From Chloroflexota bacterium (GTDB lineage Bacteria; Chloroflexota; UBA11872; VXOZ01): a stretch of 64,000 nt of DNA. Both the position numbers and the translations under genes were made by a program. The notes below the pieces were generated by a model, which was not told the DNA's origin, ran no database searches, and saw only the letters and a program-made list of their open reading frames with translations. The stretch lies in the NCBI GenBank assembly GCA_964291655.2, contig OZ219802.1:1408001-1472000 (forward strand), written 5' to 3'. Shown one piece after another: positions 53,616-63,499 of this stretch. Within the stretch, counting starts at the first letter, position 1. Each line of letters starts with the position of its first letter.

Positions 53616-54358
53616 TGCAAATGTCGCAGCCGGTCAGAGTCACGGTATGGAACGAATTTCGCCATGAGAAGGCAGACGAGCATATCAGGCAGGTGTATCC
53701 GCGGGGCATCCACGGCGCCATTGCCGACTACTTAGAGGAACAACCGGGCTTCTCCGTACAGACTGCCACCCTGGATGAGCCGGAACATGGGCTCACGGAA
53801 GATGTGCTTGCAGGCACCGACGTACTCATCTGGTGGGGACATCAGGCACATGCCGCCGTAGAGGACGAAATTGTCGACCGGGTGCACGCGCGCGTGCTGG
53901 ACGGCATGGGGCTCATCTGCTTGCATTCCAGCCACTTCTCCAAGATCTTTAAGAAACTCATGGGCACGACCTGCAATCTGAAGTGGCGGGAGATCGGTGA
54001 GAACGAACGCCTCTGGGTGGTTGATCCCAGCCACCCCATCGCGGCGGGCGTAGGGCAGTACATCGACATTCCCCACGAAGAGATGTACGGCGAGTTCTTC
54101 GACATCCCGGAGCCGGACAAGCTCGTCTTCATTAGCTGGTTTCCGGGTGGCGAGGTCTTCCGCAGCGGCTGTTGCTACCATCGCGGCCGCGGCAAGGTCT
54201 TCTACTTCCGCCCCGGACACGAAACCTTCCCCACGTTCTACCAAGATGAAGTACGTCACGTGATTGGCAATGCCGTACGCTGGGCAGCGACCACGGACGG
54301 CCCCGCACCGGTATTCGGCAACGTGCAGCCGCTGGAAGAAGTGACCGTAGCGGAGTAA
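53615..54358 (+). CDS. ThuA-like protein
   Basis: [35 protein letters not shown]; TAATG overlap with the Crp gene. Confidence 0.9.
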   Translation: MQMSQPVRVTVWNEFRHEKADEHIRQVYPRGIHGAIADYLEEQPGFSVQTATLDEPEHGLTEDVLAGTDVLIWWGHQAHAAVEDEIVDRVHARVLDGMGLICLHSSHFSKIFKKLMGTTCNLKWREIGENERLWVVDPSHPIAAGVGQYIDIPHEEMYGEFFDIPEPDKLVFISWFPGGEVFRSGCCYHRGRGKVFYFRPGHETFPTFYQDEVRHVIGNAVRWAATTDGPAPVFGNVQPLEEVTVAE

Positions 54359-54457
54359 CAAAGTGTGCGAGATATCCGCACACTCTCCCAGCGAGCTGCA
54401 AGGTCTTCTGGCGCCCCATGGAAATCCCTGCGTAACCCCGGCCGGAGGCGCAAGAGC

Positions 54458-56032
54458 TTACTCCCTCTCCTGGGGAGGCTGTCTCAATATTTTGGTGCGG
54501 GGCACGGTGAATGGGGTGAGAAGGACAGACAGATGGCGGGTGGTATGAACAAGACGGTGCCAGTGAGAGACTCGTCCCCGGGGCGACGCTGGACTACACC
54601 CAGACCGCCACAGGGCGTGGAGGCTCTTGAGATTGAACGCGGTGGCCAGCAGGTGCCATTCGGACGTCACGTGGCTGCGGCCTCTGAGCAGGAAGCGCCT
54701 GGCACTGTGCCACTCCTTGAGCAGGCCAAAGACCGGCTCGACGATGGTACTCCGGCGGCGGTACACCTGCTTGGCAGGCGCGGTGGCCATCAACTGCCTG
54801 TGCCGTTGCAGTATTGGCTCGTAGGCGCTGATCTTTATGGAGCGGCCCCTCTGGGAGGAGGTGCAGACGCCGAAGGCCGGACAGGTTCTGCAGTCCCGGC
54901 CGTTGGCTTGGTACCGCTTGACCCGGTAGCCGTTGCTGTGGGTCAAGCGGTGCGTGTAGGTGAGCACCTTTTGCTGGGGACACAGGTAGGTGTCGGTCTC
55001 TGGACGGTAGGTGAAGTGGTCTTTATGGTAGGGGTTGCGGCGTCTGCGCTCGTGGGTCGTGGGCATCAATACCGTGTGGCCGCCGGCGTGGCACGTGGCG
55101 AGGTTGGCCCCCGAATGGTAGCCGGCGTCCGCAACGGTCACCACGTCCCGCGCGGCGTCGATGTTCTCCTGCGCCGCCTCGATCAGCGGCGCCAGGTGGG
55201 GATGGTCGTCGGCACTGGCGCTCACGTCCACGGCTGTGATCAACCTCCCCCCTGCGCCCTCGTCCGGGGACGCAAGAGGGGAGACCAGCGCCTGGGCGTT
55301 GTAGCCGGTGATGAAGCCACCCATGCCAGTCTTGAGCAGGGCCGCGTCCGCATCAGTCAGGTTCGTGTAGCGCGGCCCGTCCTCAGCCGCGACGCGGGCG
55401 AGCGCGTCGTCCACCCGCCGCCGCAGGGCCTGGGCATCGGCAAGTTCCTGCGGCAAAGTCGCTGGCGGCGCGTCGCCCCCCGTGGCGTTCTGCGCCTCCA
55501 GGTCCGCGATCGCTTGCTCGGTGCGGGACAACAGCCGCTGCAGCCCCTGCGCGTCGTGGGTATGCCGCGTCCCGGCGTTGGCCGCGATCCTGGTGCCGTC
55601 CACCGCCTGGATTGCCAACTCCACCAGGCCGGCTCGCACCGCCGTGCGCACCGTGCGCTTGAGCAGCGTCCGCATCCGGTCGCGGTGCGCCTTGTAGAAG
55701 CGCCACAGCGTGTTGTGGTCCGGCTGCTGCATCCCCACCAGCCACAGGTACGGTACCTGATCCCGGCAGGCTGCCTCCAGCTTGCGGCTCGAGCGCACGC
55801 CGGTCATGAAGCCGTAGACCCATACGCCCAGCAGCGCGCGCGGATGGTAGGCCCCGGCGCCACGCGGATCGCCTTGCAGGTCAATCTCCATCGCCTCCCA
55901 GGCCGCAGCATCGAGGCTGTCCACGAACGCTGCCGCAAACCTGACAGGATGGTCGTCCGGGATCAGTTCGTCCAGCGTCGGCGGCAACAGCCAGGCCTGT
56001 TCACGACTAAACGGTCTCAACGGCATCGTCAC
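54458..56032 (-). CDS. IS1182 family transposase
   Basis: Identical to the first 524 aa of the copy 1 protein. Confidence 0.93.
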   Translation of the reverse strand: MTMPLRPFSREQAWLLPPTLDELIPDDHPVRFAAAFVDSLDAAAWEAMEIDLQGDPRGAGAYHPRALLGVWVYGFMTGVRSSRKLEAACRDQVPYLWLVGMQQPDHNTLWRFYKAHRDRMRTLLKRTVRTAVRAGLVELAIQAVDGTRIAANAGTRHTHDAQGLQRLLSRTEQAIADLEAQNATGGDAPPATLPQELADAQALRRRVDDALARVAAEDGPRYTNLTDADAALLKTGMGGFITGYNAQALVSPLASPDEGAGGRLITAVDVSASADDHPHLAPLIEAAQENIDAARDVVTVADAGYHSGANLATCHAGGHTVLMPTTHERRRRNPYHKDHFTYRPETDTYLCPQQKVLTYTHRLTHSNGYRVKRYQANGRDCRTCPAFGVCTSSQRGRSIKISAYEPILQRHRQLMATAPAKQVYRRRSTIVEPVFGLLKEWHSARRFLLRGRSHVTSEWHLLATAFNLKSLHALWRSGCSPASPRGRVSHWHRLVHTTRHLSVLLTPFTVPRTKILRQPPQERE

Positions 56033-56118
56033 TACCTCTCTACAAACTATCCCACCACCTCACCTTGCTTCTCTTCACACCAGTATATATCCAGTAGATC
56101 TATTTTTGAGACACCCTC
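54475..56118 (-). mobile_element. IS1182-family IS, copy 2 (1644 bp)
   Basis: Same IRs as copy 1; TGGG on both sides (54471-54474, 56119-56122) in a REP-A loop. Confidence 0.92.
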
Positions 56119-56677
56119 TGGGGGAGAGGGTTGGGGTGAGGGGGTCTCTTTGCTACGATGGCCCTTTACGCTGAGTGGTGTCAAGACGTGTAAGGGCAGA
56201 TTTGGTGTGCATATGGAGAGATTTCAGGAGATCCACCCTCACCATAGCCCTCTCCCGTCGAGGGAGAGGGAACTATTTCGCTACCCCTTGAGTTGCGCAA
56301 GGGTCTCCGGGGGGAGAGGGTTGGGGTGAGGGGCTCTTCTCGCTTCGATGACCCCTTATATTGTTAGTTGTCAAGACTTCACAGAGTAGATTCGGTCTGT
56401 CTGTGCGGGGCTTTCGCTAGATTCACCCTCACCCACGAATCGTGTCGGTACGCTGTATCGAGTTCGGGGCAGACTCTCGCCCTCTCCCGTCGAAGAGAAC
56501 TTTGCAAATCTCTTGCCGGAACGGCAAAGTCCCCTCTCCCGGCGGGAGAGGGTTAGAGTGAGGGGGAGATGCCTGCAATCTGGGAGCTTCTTCTGCCGTT
56601 ATTGCACTTCTGCGTATTTGTCTTGCTGGCAAAGACGATGGGTCAAGCAGAAATCCCCTCACCCCGGCCCTCTCCCC
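56119..56677. repeat. MITE-A half plus further REP-A mosaic
   Basis: 56119-56307 aligns with 28271-28480 and with the reverse complement of 8430-8621. Confidence 0.8.
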
Positions 56678-57942
56678 TGTACAGACCGGGGACATAGGTA
56701 ACAGATGTTCGGGTAGATAGGTTACACATTTTGTGCTCTGAGGTCTATGGTTTTTACTCTTTGGATCGAGAAGTACACGTCCCAGACACCGTCCGTTCGG
56801 GTGGGTCGCAGGGCGACTTGCTTGTGCGTGAAGGCCCTGCCCACACGGAGCCGTCTGCCTTGGAAGGAGATGCGGCCGGAGACATCGACGCTGCGTACGC
56901 GGTCGTCGGGAGCGTAGGCGAGGGCAGGCAAGGTCTCTGGGAAAGGGCGAGGACTAGGCGTGTATCTGGTAATGGGAGTGTCGAGATCGAGGGCATGGTG
57001 TGGGCGTTCCAAGTTGTAGAAGTGGCGCCAGGTGTCAAAGGCGCGCTGGCAATGGTCCAGGTCGGTAAAGGTGGTCCCTGCCAGCAGTTCGCTCTTGAGG
57101 GAGCGGTGGAAGCGTTCCAGCTTGCCGAGTGTCTGGGGATGGTAGGGTCGGCTGTGCAGGACGTTGATGCCCAGCTGCATGAGCCAGACGGTGAGGGGCG
57201 TGAAGGGCTGGGCACTGTCGTTACCCCAGGGAGAGCCGTTGTCCATGAGCATGGCCTGGGGCAAGCCGTAGCGGCGAAAGACAGCGGTGAGGCGGTCTTG
57301 GACCGTCTCTCCCCGCTCGTTGGCACAGGCCTGTAACCCGAGGTTGAAGCGGGAGTGATCGTCTAGGAGGGTGAGAGGATGACAGCGGTTCTGCTGCATG
57401 ACGAAATGTCCCTTGAAGTCCATCTGCCACAGCTCGTTGGGCTGGGGTCGTTCGAAGCGCACATGGGGCGTGTGCTTGGCGCTCTGGGCTGGATCGATGA
57501 GCCCATGGCGTTTGAGAATGGCATTGATGGTGCTCTTGGCCGGCACGTCGGTGACCCCCTGGTCCTGCAGCATCCGGCGCAGCACGTGTGCGCCTTTCTT
57601 CGGATGCGCCAGGCGCAAGGCGATGATGCGCTCCTCCAGCGCCGGGCGCGTGCGGTGCGGACACGTGTGCGGCCGCCGCGACCGGTCGTGCAAACCGTCT
57701 TCGCCAGCTTTCGCATACCGCTCCAGCGTCTTGTACGCCGTCTTGCGACTGATCTCCAGACGGCGACACAGCTCGCTGATGTTGGCCCCTTCCATCAGTG
57801 CCAGTGCAATGAACTCCTTGCGTTCAGACACAACCGTACTCTCCTTCCAAGGCATGGCGCTCCTCCATCTGTAAGAATCTCCATGCCTTAAGGTGTAACC
57901 TATGTGCCCGAACATGTGTAACCCATGTACCCGGTCTATACA
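56678..57942 (-). mobile_element. IS481-family insertion sequence (1265 bp)
   Basis: TGTACAGACCGGGGACAT.. / ..ATGTACCCGGTCTATACA termini with internal repeats; inserted in a REP-A loop. Confidence 0.92.
56722..57855 (-). CDS. IS481 family transposase
   Basis: MPWKE..ISELCRRLEISRKTAYK HTH, WQMDFKG, DNG, GKLERFHRSLK. Confidence 0.93.
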   Translation of the reverse strand: MPWKESTVVSERKEFIALALMEGANISELCRRLEISRKTAYKTLERYAKAGEDGLHDRSRRPHTCPHRTRPALEERIIALRLAHPKKGAHVLRRMLQDQGVTDVPAKSTINAILKRHGLIDPAQSAKHTPHVRFERPQPNELWQMDFKGHFVMQQNRCHPLTLLDDHSRFNLGLQACANERGETVQDRLTAVFRRYGLPQAMLMDNGSPWGNDSAQPFTPLTVWLMQLGINVLHSRPYHPQTLGKLERFHRSLKSELLAGTTFTDLDHCQRAFDTWRHFYNLERPHHALDLDTPITRYTPSPRPFPETLPALAYAPDDRVRSVDVSGRISFQGRRLRVGRAFTHKQVALRPTRTDGVWDVYFSIQRVKTIDLRAQNV

Positions 57943-58252
57943 TCCCAGGGAGAGGGGGCAGATCTTACGTCACCGGCTGGGATTACGCAATGGTCTCCGG
58001 TGGGAAAGGGGATTTTCTCACCTCGGCAAAGGGTATGCAAATGGCTCCCAAGGAGAGGGTCGGGGTAAGGGGAAATCTTCACCCTTCCCACCTCAATCGG
58101 TCTCCGCTTCGGGGTTTCGCAGGGTCTCCCATAGGGTGTGGAGCCGCAGAAGAATCACGCACAGCTACTTACCTGTTACTTGGCACTGTGGTAGCTTTAA
58201 TCCTAGCGGAGCACGTCAGCGCATCAGGAAAAGTAATTGAGGAAGGCGCGTT

Positions 58253-59749
58253 ATGTCCACGCGGCTGTACATTGCCGTAGTGTCGACGACGGTACTTGCT
58301 GTCGCCCTCATATTGCTGAGTCTCGCAGCGTACGTCGTGCTCGCGTTCAGTCTGCACTCGCAGCTTGACCGGGGCTTGGCTGCGGAGGGTCAGCAGTTGA
58401 GCGACTACTTTCTCACGTCTGCCGATTCCCCACTCGTCGGCAGTACGCTACCGGTCTCCACCACACCTTTTGAAGCGGTAGCGCCTTCCGGCGCGGCCTT
58501 TCGCATCGTTGCGCAGGACGGCCGTGTGCTGGCCCGCTCGGTCGGTAACCTTACCCAGCCGCTTGACGGAAGCGTCTATAGCGCCACCGGCGCATGGCCG
58601 CAGTCTCTTGCCTACGAAACGGTAGAATACGCGGACTCGCGGTTCCGCATCTATTCATTACCACTTGTACTGCCCGCACAGGCGCACGGAATCCTGCAAA
58701 TAGCCCGTCCGCTGGCGCCGGTAGAACAGACCCTGGCGCATCTTCGTCTGGTTCTCATCGCCGGCGCCGGCGTCAGCCTGCTGCTCGCGGTAGGTGTGGG
58801 CCTGCTGCTGGCGCACATTTCCGCCAAACCGATCGAGGACGTTGCGAGCGCCACGGCGCGCATTCGAGCGTTTGGCGAAGACAACGAGCGTCTCGTGTCA
58901 CGGGGACATCTCCAAGAACCAAACTGGCTGGTGCAGAGCCTCAACAATTTACTTGATCGTGTTGCGCTCGCCGAAGCGTCCGCGGGCGAGGCGTCGGTGT
59001 TTCGCACCCAATGTACGGGCTACGTACAGAAGCAACTGGCGCGGCTCATCGTGCAGCAACGTGGCCTAAATGACTTTCTGCGCACGGAGTTGCGACCGCG
59101 CGATCCAAACGCGCTGGAACTACCCGATGCGCAGGATAATTCCGTGCGGAGCTTCTTGCAGACCGACCCGCGCGGTTGGATTTCAGCATACGACGACGTT
59201 GTCGGCTGGCTGGAAGCGCAGACAGAAGCGCTCGAGCGCTGGGTGCACCATCTCCCCCACTACGTGGAAGCACAGGAAGGGTTGGACCTAGAGAGTGAAG
59301 AAATTGCCCTGGCGCCGCTGCTCTTTGCCATCTGCGAGGAGCGGCGTGAACAGCATAAAGACTCCTTGAAGGTCGCGCGCAACCTGGCCTGCACGCCTCG
59401 CTTGCGCGGCGACGCCCGGAGCCTGCATAACGCGCTGGCCGCGCTGGTGGATAACGCATGCTTCAGTACGCCCACCGGGGGCACGGTAACGGTTGAGCTC
59501 CATTGCGCCGGGCCGGACGCGACGATTACGATTGCCGACACCGGCGCCGGCATCGCGCCGGATGAACTGCCGCACGTCTTTACCCGTTTCTACCGCGCTG
59601 CCGATTCCAGTCCCGGCCATGGCCTGGGACTGCCGTTCGCCCACGACGTGATCGTGCAGCACGGCGGTACGCTGGAGGTCGAGAGTGTGCCGGGTGCGGG
59701 CAGCACCTTTACCGCGCGCTTGCCGCAGGAGCGGAGCGGTGGGGTATAA
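58253..59749 (+). CDS. Membrane sensor histidine kinase-like protein with degenerate H-box
   Basis: Two TMs, HAMP-like region, HATPase N/G1/F/G2 boxes (LVDNA, DTGAGI, FTRFYR, GHGLGL); no HELRTP motif. Confidence 0.82.
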   Translation: MSTRLYIAVVSTTVLAVALILLSLAAYVVLAFSLHSQLDRGLAAEGQQLSDYFLTSADSPLVGSTLPVSTTPFEAVAPSGAAFRIVAQDGRVLARSVGNLTQPLDGSVYSATGAWPQSLAYETVEYADSRFRIYSLPLVLPAQAHGILQIARPLAPVEQTLAHLRLVLIAGAGVSLLLAVGVGLLLAHISAKPIEDVASATARIRAFGEDNERLVSRGHLQEPNWLVQSLNNLLDRVALAEASAGEASVFRTQCTGYVQKQLARLIVQQRGLNDFLRTELRPRDPNALELPDAQDNSVRSFLQTDPRGWISAYDDVVGWLEAQTEALERWVHHLPHYVEAQEGLDLESEEIALAPLLFAICEERREQHKDSLKVARNLACTPRLRGDARSLHNALAALVDNACFSTPTGGTVTVELHCAGPDATITIADTGAGIAPDELPHVFTRFYRAADSSPGHGLGLPFAHDVIVQHGGTLEVESVPGAGSTFTARLPQERSGGV

Positions 59750-61340
59750 GCCCTATGACCCGCTGCAGGACCGCAAACGGTCGTGGCGGAGTCGGCTCAT
59801 GGTCCCCGGCGCAATTGCCGCCTTGCTCCTCGTCGTGGCTGCCGGTACCACGCTTACGGTGATCGGTGTCTTGCGTCTCATGGATGGTCCCAGCGCCGCT
59901 GAGACCGGCGTCGGCGCCTCGTCAAGCACACGTACCGCCGTCGCGCCGGGAGAACGCCAACCGATCGTTCCTTTGCCTACCGTCGCGCCCACTGCCGTAC
60001 CAACTGCCGCTCCCACTGCCGTACCTACAGCCCTGCCGAGCCCCGTGCCTACTCCAGTGCCCACTATTGTGCCCACACAACCGCCCGCGCCGACGGCTGT
60101 TGTCGTAGAGGTGATCGAGAACCGAGCAAAAGAGGTGTTTGACCGCCTCACGGGGAGCGTCGTGCGGATTTCAACGGCGTCAGGCAACGTCGGCATCGGT
60201 CAGCCATATAGCGAGGCCGGATCAGGCTTCGTGATCGATGAGGCCGGGTACATTCTCACGAATTATCACGTGATAAAAGATGCCAGGAGTATTCAGATCA
60301 CGCTCAGTGATGAGGTGACGCAGGGCACGGCGAGGATCGTAGGCACCGACCCGGGTTCCGACGTCGCCTTGCTCAAAGCCAATGATGGGCTGCTGGACAA
60401 GCTCGTAATCGCTCCCCTTGGCTCCTCCGCTGCCGTGGAAGTGGGCGACCAAGTCATTGCCATCGGCAGCCAATACTTCGCCTATCAGAATAGCCTCACT
60501 ACGGGGATTGTGGGCGGCTTGAACCGCCCCTACGCCTTTGCCGGTCGCACCATTACGGGCATGATCCAATTCGATGCCGCAATCAACCGCGGGAGTTCAG
60601 GCGGGCCGCTCATTGACCTCCGGCAGGGCGCGGTCATAGGCATCAATACGGCAATCCAATCGAGCAACTTTGCCGGTATCGCGTTGGCGTTGCCCATTGA
60701 CCGCATTAAGGCTATCTTGCCCGATCTACGCGCCGGCATAACGCCGCAGCACGCCTGGCTCGCAATCTACGGCGCCAGCATAACGCCGCAACTCGCCGCG
60801 CACTGCAGTCTGCCCGTAGATTTCGGCGTCATCGTCTACAGCATCCTACCGGGTTCCACGCTCAATATCGAAAGTGATGAAACCAAAACGTTTAAGACCG
60901 GCGCAAATGGTGACATTATTGTCAGTATCGATGACCTCCCGGTCCGCAACCTCAATGAGTTGAGCAGATACGTTGACGCCCACAAGCAGCCCGGCGACGT
61001 CGTCGAAATTCGAGTCTATCGCGAACGTAAATATAATGAACTCTTAGAGGTTACGCTGGAGGAGTGGCCGAACAAAGAAGTGCGGCCCCTCACTCAGGCC
61101 GTCGATTGCTCCAAACCCACCAGCGAGCCGATCAACGCCCCTACGGTGCCGCCCATCACCGCGGAGATCACCACGAACGCCGCCAGCGGCAGATTCATCA
61201 TCTCCGCCGAGCCGCTGATACCGGCGATGGCTGCTGCTACGAGTCCGATCACGGCGCCACCGGCGATGCCGACCACAATGCCGCGCGCCGCCATGCGCTC
61301 TGACGAGCCCATAGCTGCGGTATCAGTGACGGTAGCTTGA
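59739..61340 (+). CDS. HtrA/DegP family membrane serine protease with PDZ domain
   Basis: TM helix, PTA-rich linker, triad TNYHV / SDVAL / GSSGGP, PDZ GDIIVSID. Confidence 0.9.
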   Translation: MGYKPYDPLQDRKRSWRSRLMVPGAIAALLLVVAAGTTLTVIGVLRLMDGPSAAETGVGASSSTRTAVAPGERQPIVPLPTVAPTAVPTAAPTAVPTALPSPVPTPVPTIVPTQPPAPTAVVVEVIENRAKEVFDRLTGSVVRISTASGNVGIGQPYSEAGSGFVIDEAGYILTNYHVIKDARSIQITLSDEVTQGTARIVGTDPGSDVALLKANDGLLDKLVIAPLGSSAAVEVGDQVIAIGSQYFAYQNSLTTGIVGGLNRPYAFAGRTITGMIQFDAAINRGSSGGPLIDLRQGAVIGINTAIQSSNFAGIALALPIDRIKAILPDLRAGITPQHAWLAIYGASITPQLAAHCSLPVDFGVIVYSILPGSTLNIESDETKTFKTGANGDIIVSIDDLPVRNLNELSRYVDAHKQPGDVVEIRVYRERKYNELLEVTLEEWPNKEVRPLTQAVDCSKPTSEPINAPTVPPITAEITTNAASGRFIISAEPLIPAMAAATSPITAPPAMPTTMPRAAMRSDEPIAAVSVTVA

Positions 61341-61870
61341 TCGTAGTCGGGATTCTCCGCGTCGACGGTATCGCCGAATGAGCCGTATACCAAGCCGAGC
61401 GAAGCGCCGTAGACGATATGCAGAATCAAATTGCCGAGAACGGGCAGGAATCCCGCGTTGAGGCCGAGTCCCAGAAAGCCAACGCCTACCAACGGCAGGA
61501 ATACCACCAGCGAGAGTACCCACGGGAAGAAGGCAAAGGCCAGTCCGCGGCCTACGTCCGGGCCGGGAATGCGCGGCTCGACAAAGTACGCGTAGATGAG
61601 GGCGAAGCCCAAGCCGATGGCCAGATGGACCGCGATGGCGGCGTAAAACACATCGGTTGTATACTCAATCAGGATGTTATCGGTCAAGCCCTTAAACCAG
61701 GCCGAGTATGTTTGGGCGCCGGCCTGTGCGGAAGGCTCAATGCTCGCCAGCGCGAAGGCAATGCCGTACGCGACTACGGCAGCAAGTATCATGAGTACAG
61801 TGGCTACAAAGCCGGATAAGACCGCCCGCGCCAGCCAGCCTTGCCGCATCGTCGTTTGCGCGTTTACCAT
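61094..61870 (-). CDS. Polytopic membrane protein with two intramembrane His (DUF6789-like, tentative)
   Basis: Strong RBS AAGGAGG; ~6 TM helices; AVHLAIG and LILHIVYG. Confidence 0.75.
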   Translation of the reverse strand: MVNAQTTMRQGWLARAVLSGFVATVLMILAAVVAYGIAFALASIEPSAQAGAQTYSAWFKGLTDNILIEYTTDVFYAAIAVHLAIGLGFALIYAYFVEPRIPGPDVGRGLAFAFFPWVLSLVVFLPLVGVGFLGLGLNAGFLPVLGNLILHIVYGASLGLVYGSFGDTVDAENPDYDQATVTDTAAMGSSERMAARGIVVGIAGGAVIGLVAAAIAGISGSAEMMNLPLAAFVVISAVMGGTVGALIGSLVGLEQSTA

Positions 61871-62039
61871 GATCGCTACCTCCTTGTGAGGCGGGGAATT
61901 GCGCACACGTCGCTTGAGCTGCAGGCACTACGCAAATCGAGCAGGAGTGCCTGCTCACCAACTTGTCACCGTGTACTCGACCTCCCACCTACGGCTGCCA
62001 ATCGGCAGCAATGCAACGAACGAAACACCTCTTAGTCTC

Positions 62040-62068
62040 ATTGTTGAGTTAAAGCTCCCACTTGTCAA
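62040..62068 (-). promoter_or_regulatory. Possible sigma70 promoter (TTGACA-17-AACAAT)
   Basis: Perfect -35 with 17-bp spacer upstream of the 61870 gene. Confidence 0.35.
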
Positions 62069-62170
62069 CCACTTAAGCACAAAGAAGCCACCGATTTGGA
62101 CGCAATGGTGGGGGAGAGGATGTGCAGCGGGGCCCGCCGCTCACCGGTCAAGCAGCATGCAATTTCAACG

Positions 62171-63400
62171 CTACCGCGACCGCAGAATATCTGTGTCCCG
62201 CAGGATGCGCGCCGCCTGCAAGGCCAGCAACACCGTACCGAAATTCAACGCACCGGCAATTGCAAAGGGCAGCGGCGCAGATAGGCCGATGAGAATGCCC
62301 GCGGCCATGGTGCCGCCGAGGTTTCCGAACGTCCATGCCGCCTCGGTGATGGCGGTAAGGCGCCCTTGCTCTTGTCCCTCACCCGATACGCGCACGAGCG
62401 ACGGCATCAGCGAGGCAAGCCACTGACCCCCCAGGCTCGTGAAAATTGCCGATACGGCGAGCAACAGGGCATTGTCCACGAATAGGGCGCAGCCAAACGG
62501 GCCGAGGGCGAGCGTGAGACTGCTCGCTATTACCGGAATAGCTCTGCCAATGCGATCGGAGAGCCAGCCAACCACAAGACCGGTGGACCCCGTAACCAAC
62601 GCGCTGACGGTGGCATACAAGGCAACCGCCGTCACCGAGTCTGTCAGGCGGAAAATGAGCAGTGGAAGCAGCACCGAACTCGTGCCAAGCCACCACGTCG
62701 GCAGAAATCGAATCCCTATGAGACGCAATATGAGCGGTCGCCGCCACAGCACCTGGTAGGAGCGCAACATCTCCCACGCGGACAGCGTTTGCACCTGTTC
62801 CAACCGGATTTGCGGTAGGAACAACACGCCGAAGAACACGAGCAGCAGATTCCCCACCAGCATCCCGATGCCCAACGTGCGAAAACTAAACTGATCGGCA
62901 ATTGGGCCTGCCGCCGCGTTGCCCAGCGCGCTGCCAATTGTCGGCCCGGCAAAGTAGAGCGCCCCCATCAAGCCCATACTCCCCAGCGGCGCTACCAGGG
63001 CAAGATAGGCGCGTGAAGACGTGGTGCGCAACGTAAAGAGCGCGCCGTACAGGATTGCCAGAAAGACGAGCAGACGGGTGTCGGACACCATGAACATGAG
63101 CCCGCCAATGCTCACCGCCGTCATGCCCAGCAGCAAGAGATACTTCGCTCCAACGCGGTCCGCCAACATGCCGCCGATGAAGAGAATGGCGATGCGCACG
63201 AGGTTTTGGAGCGAGAAGAGCGTGGAGGTCAGGATTGGCGATCCGCCGAGCACTTTCTCGACGTACACGGGAAAAAGCGAGCGTCCGGGCGTGCCCAGTG
63301 TGGCGTTGAGGAAGAAGATCGCCAGGAAGAGAATGAGCGGCTTGAGGTACCGGTGTTCCGAAAGAGGTGAGCGTTGAGCGGGGTTGTCAGTTGCGGCCAT
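62171..63400 (-). CDS. MFS transporter
   Basis: ~12 TM helices; motif A GMLADRVGAK and GWLSDRIGR. Confidence 0.9.
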   Translation of the reverse strand: MAATDNPAQRSPLSEHRYLKPLILFLAIFFLNATLGTPGRSLFPVYVEKVLGGSPILTSTLFSLQNLVRIAILFIGGMLADRVGAKYLLLLGMTAVSIGGLMFMVSDTRLLVFLAILYGALFTLRTTSSRAYLALVAPLGSMGLMGALYFAGPTIGSALGNAAAGPIADQFSFRTLGIGMLVGNLLLVFFGVLFLPQIRLEQVQTLSAWEMLRSYQVLWRRPLILRLIGIRFLPTWWLGTSSVLLPLLIFRLTDSVTAVALYATVSALVTGSTGLVVGWLSDRIGRAIPVIASSLTLALGPFGCALFVDNALLLAVSAIFTSLGGQWLASLMPSLVRVSGEGQEQGRLTAITEAAWTFGNLGGTMAAGILIGLSAPLPFAIAGALNFGTVLLALQAARILRDTDILRSR

Positions 63401-63499
63401 GCGCCTGTTTCGTTTGTGAGTTGGCCTGTACGAATACGGGGAAAACGAGTTATGTGAAGTCTGGGCCGTATACAACGACCGGCGCGAATCACCGCTTCC

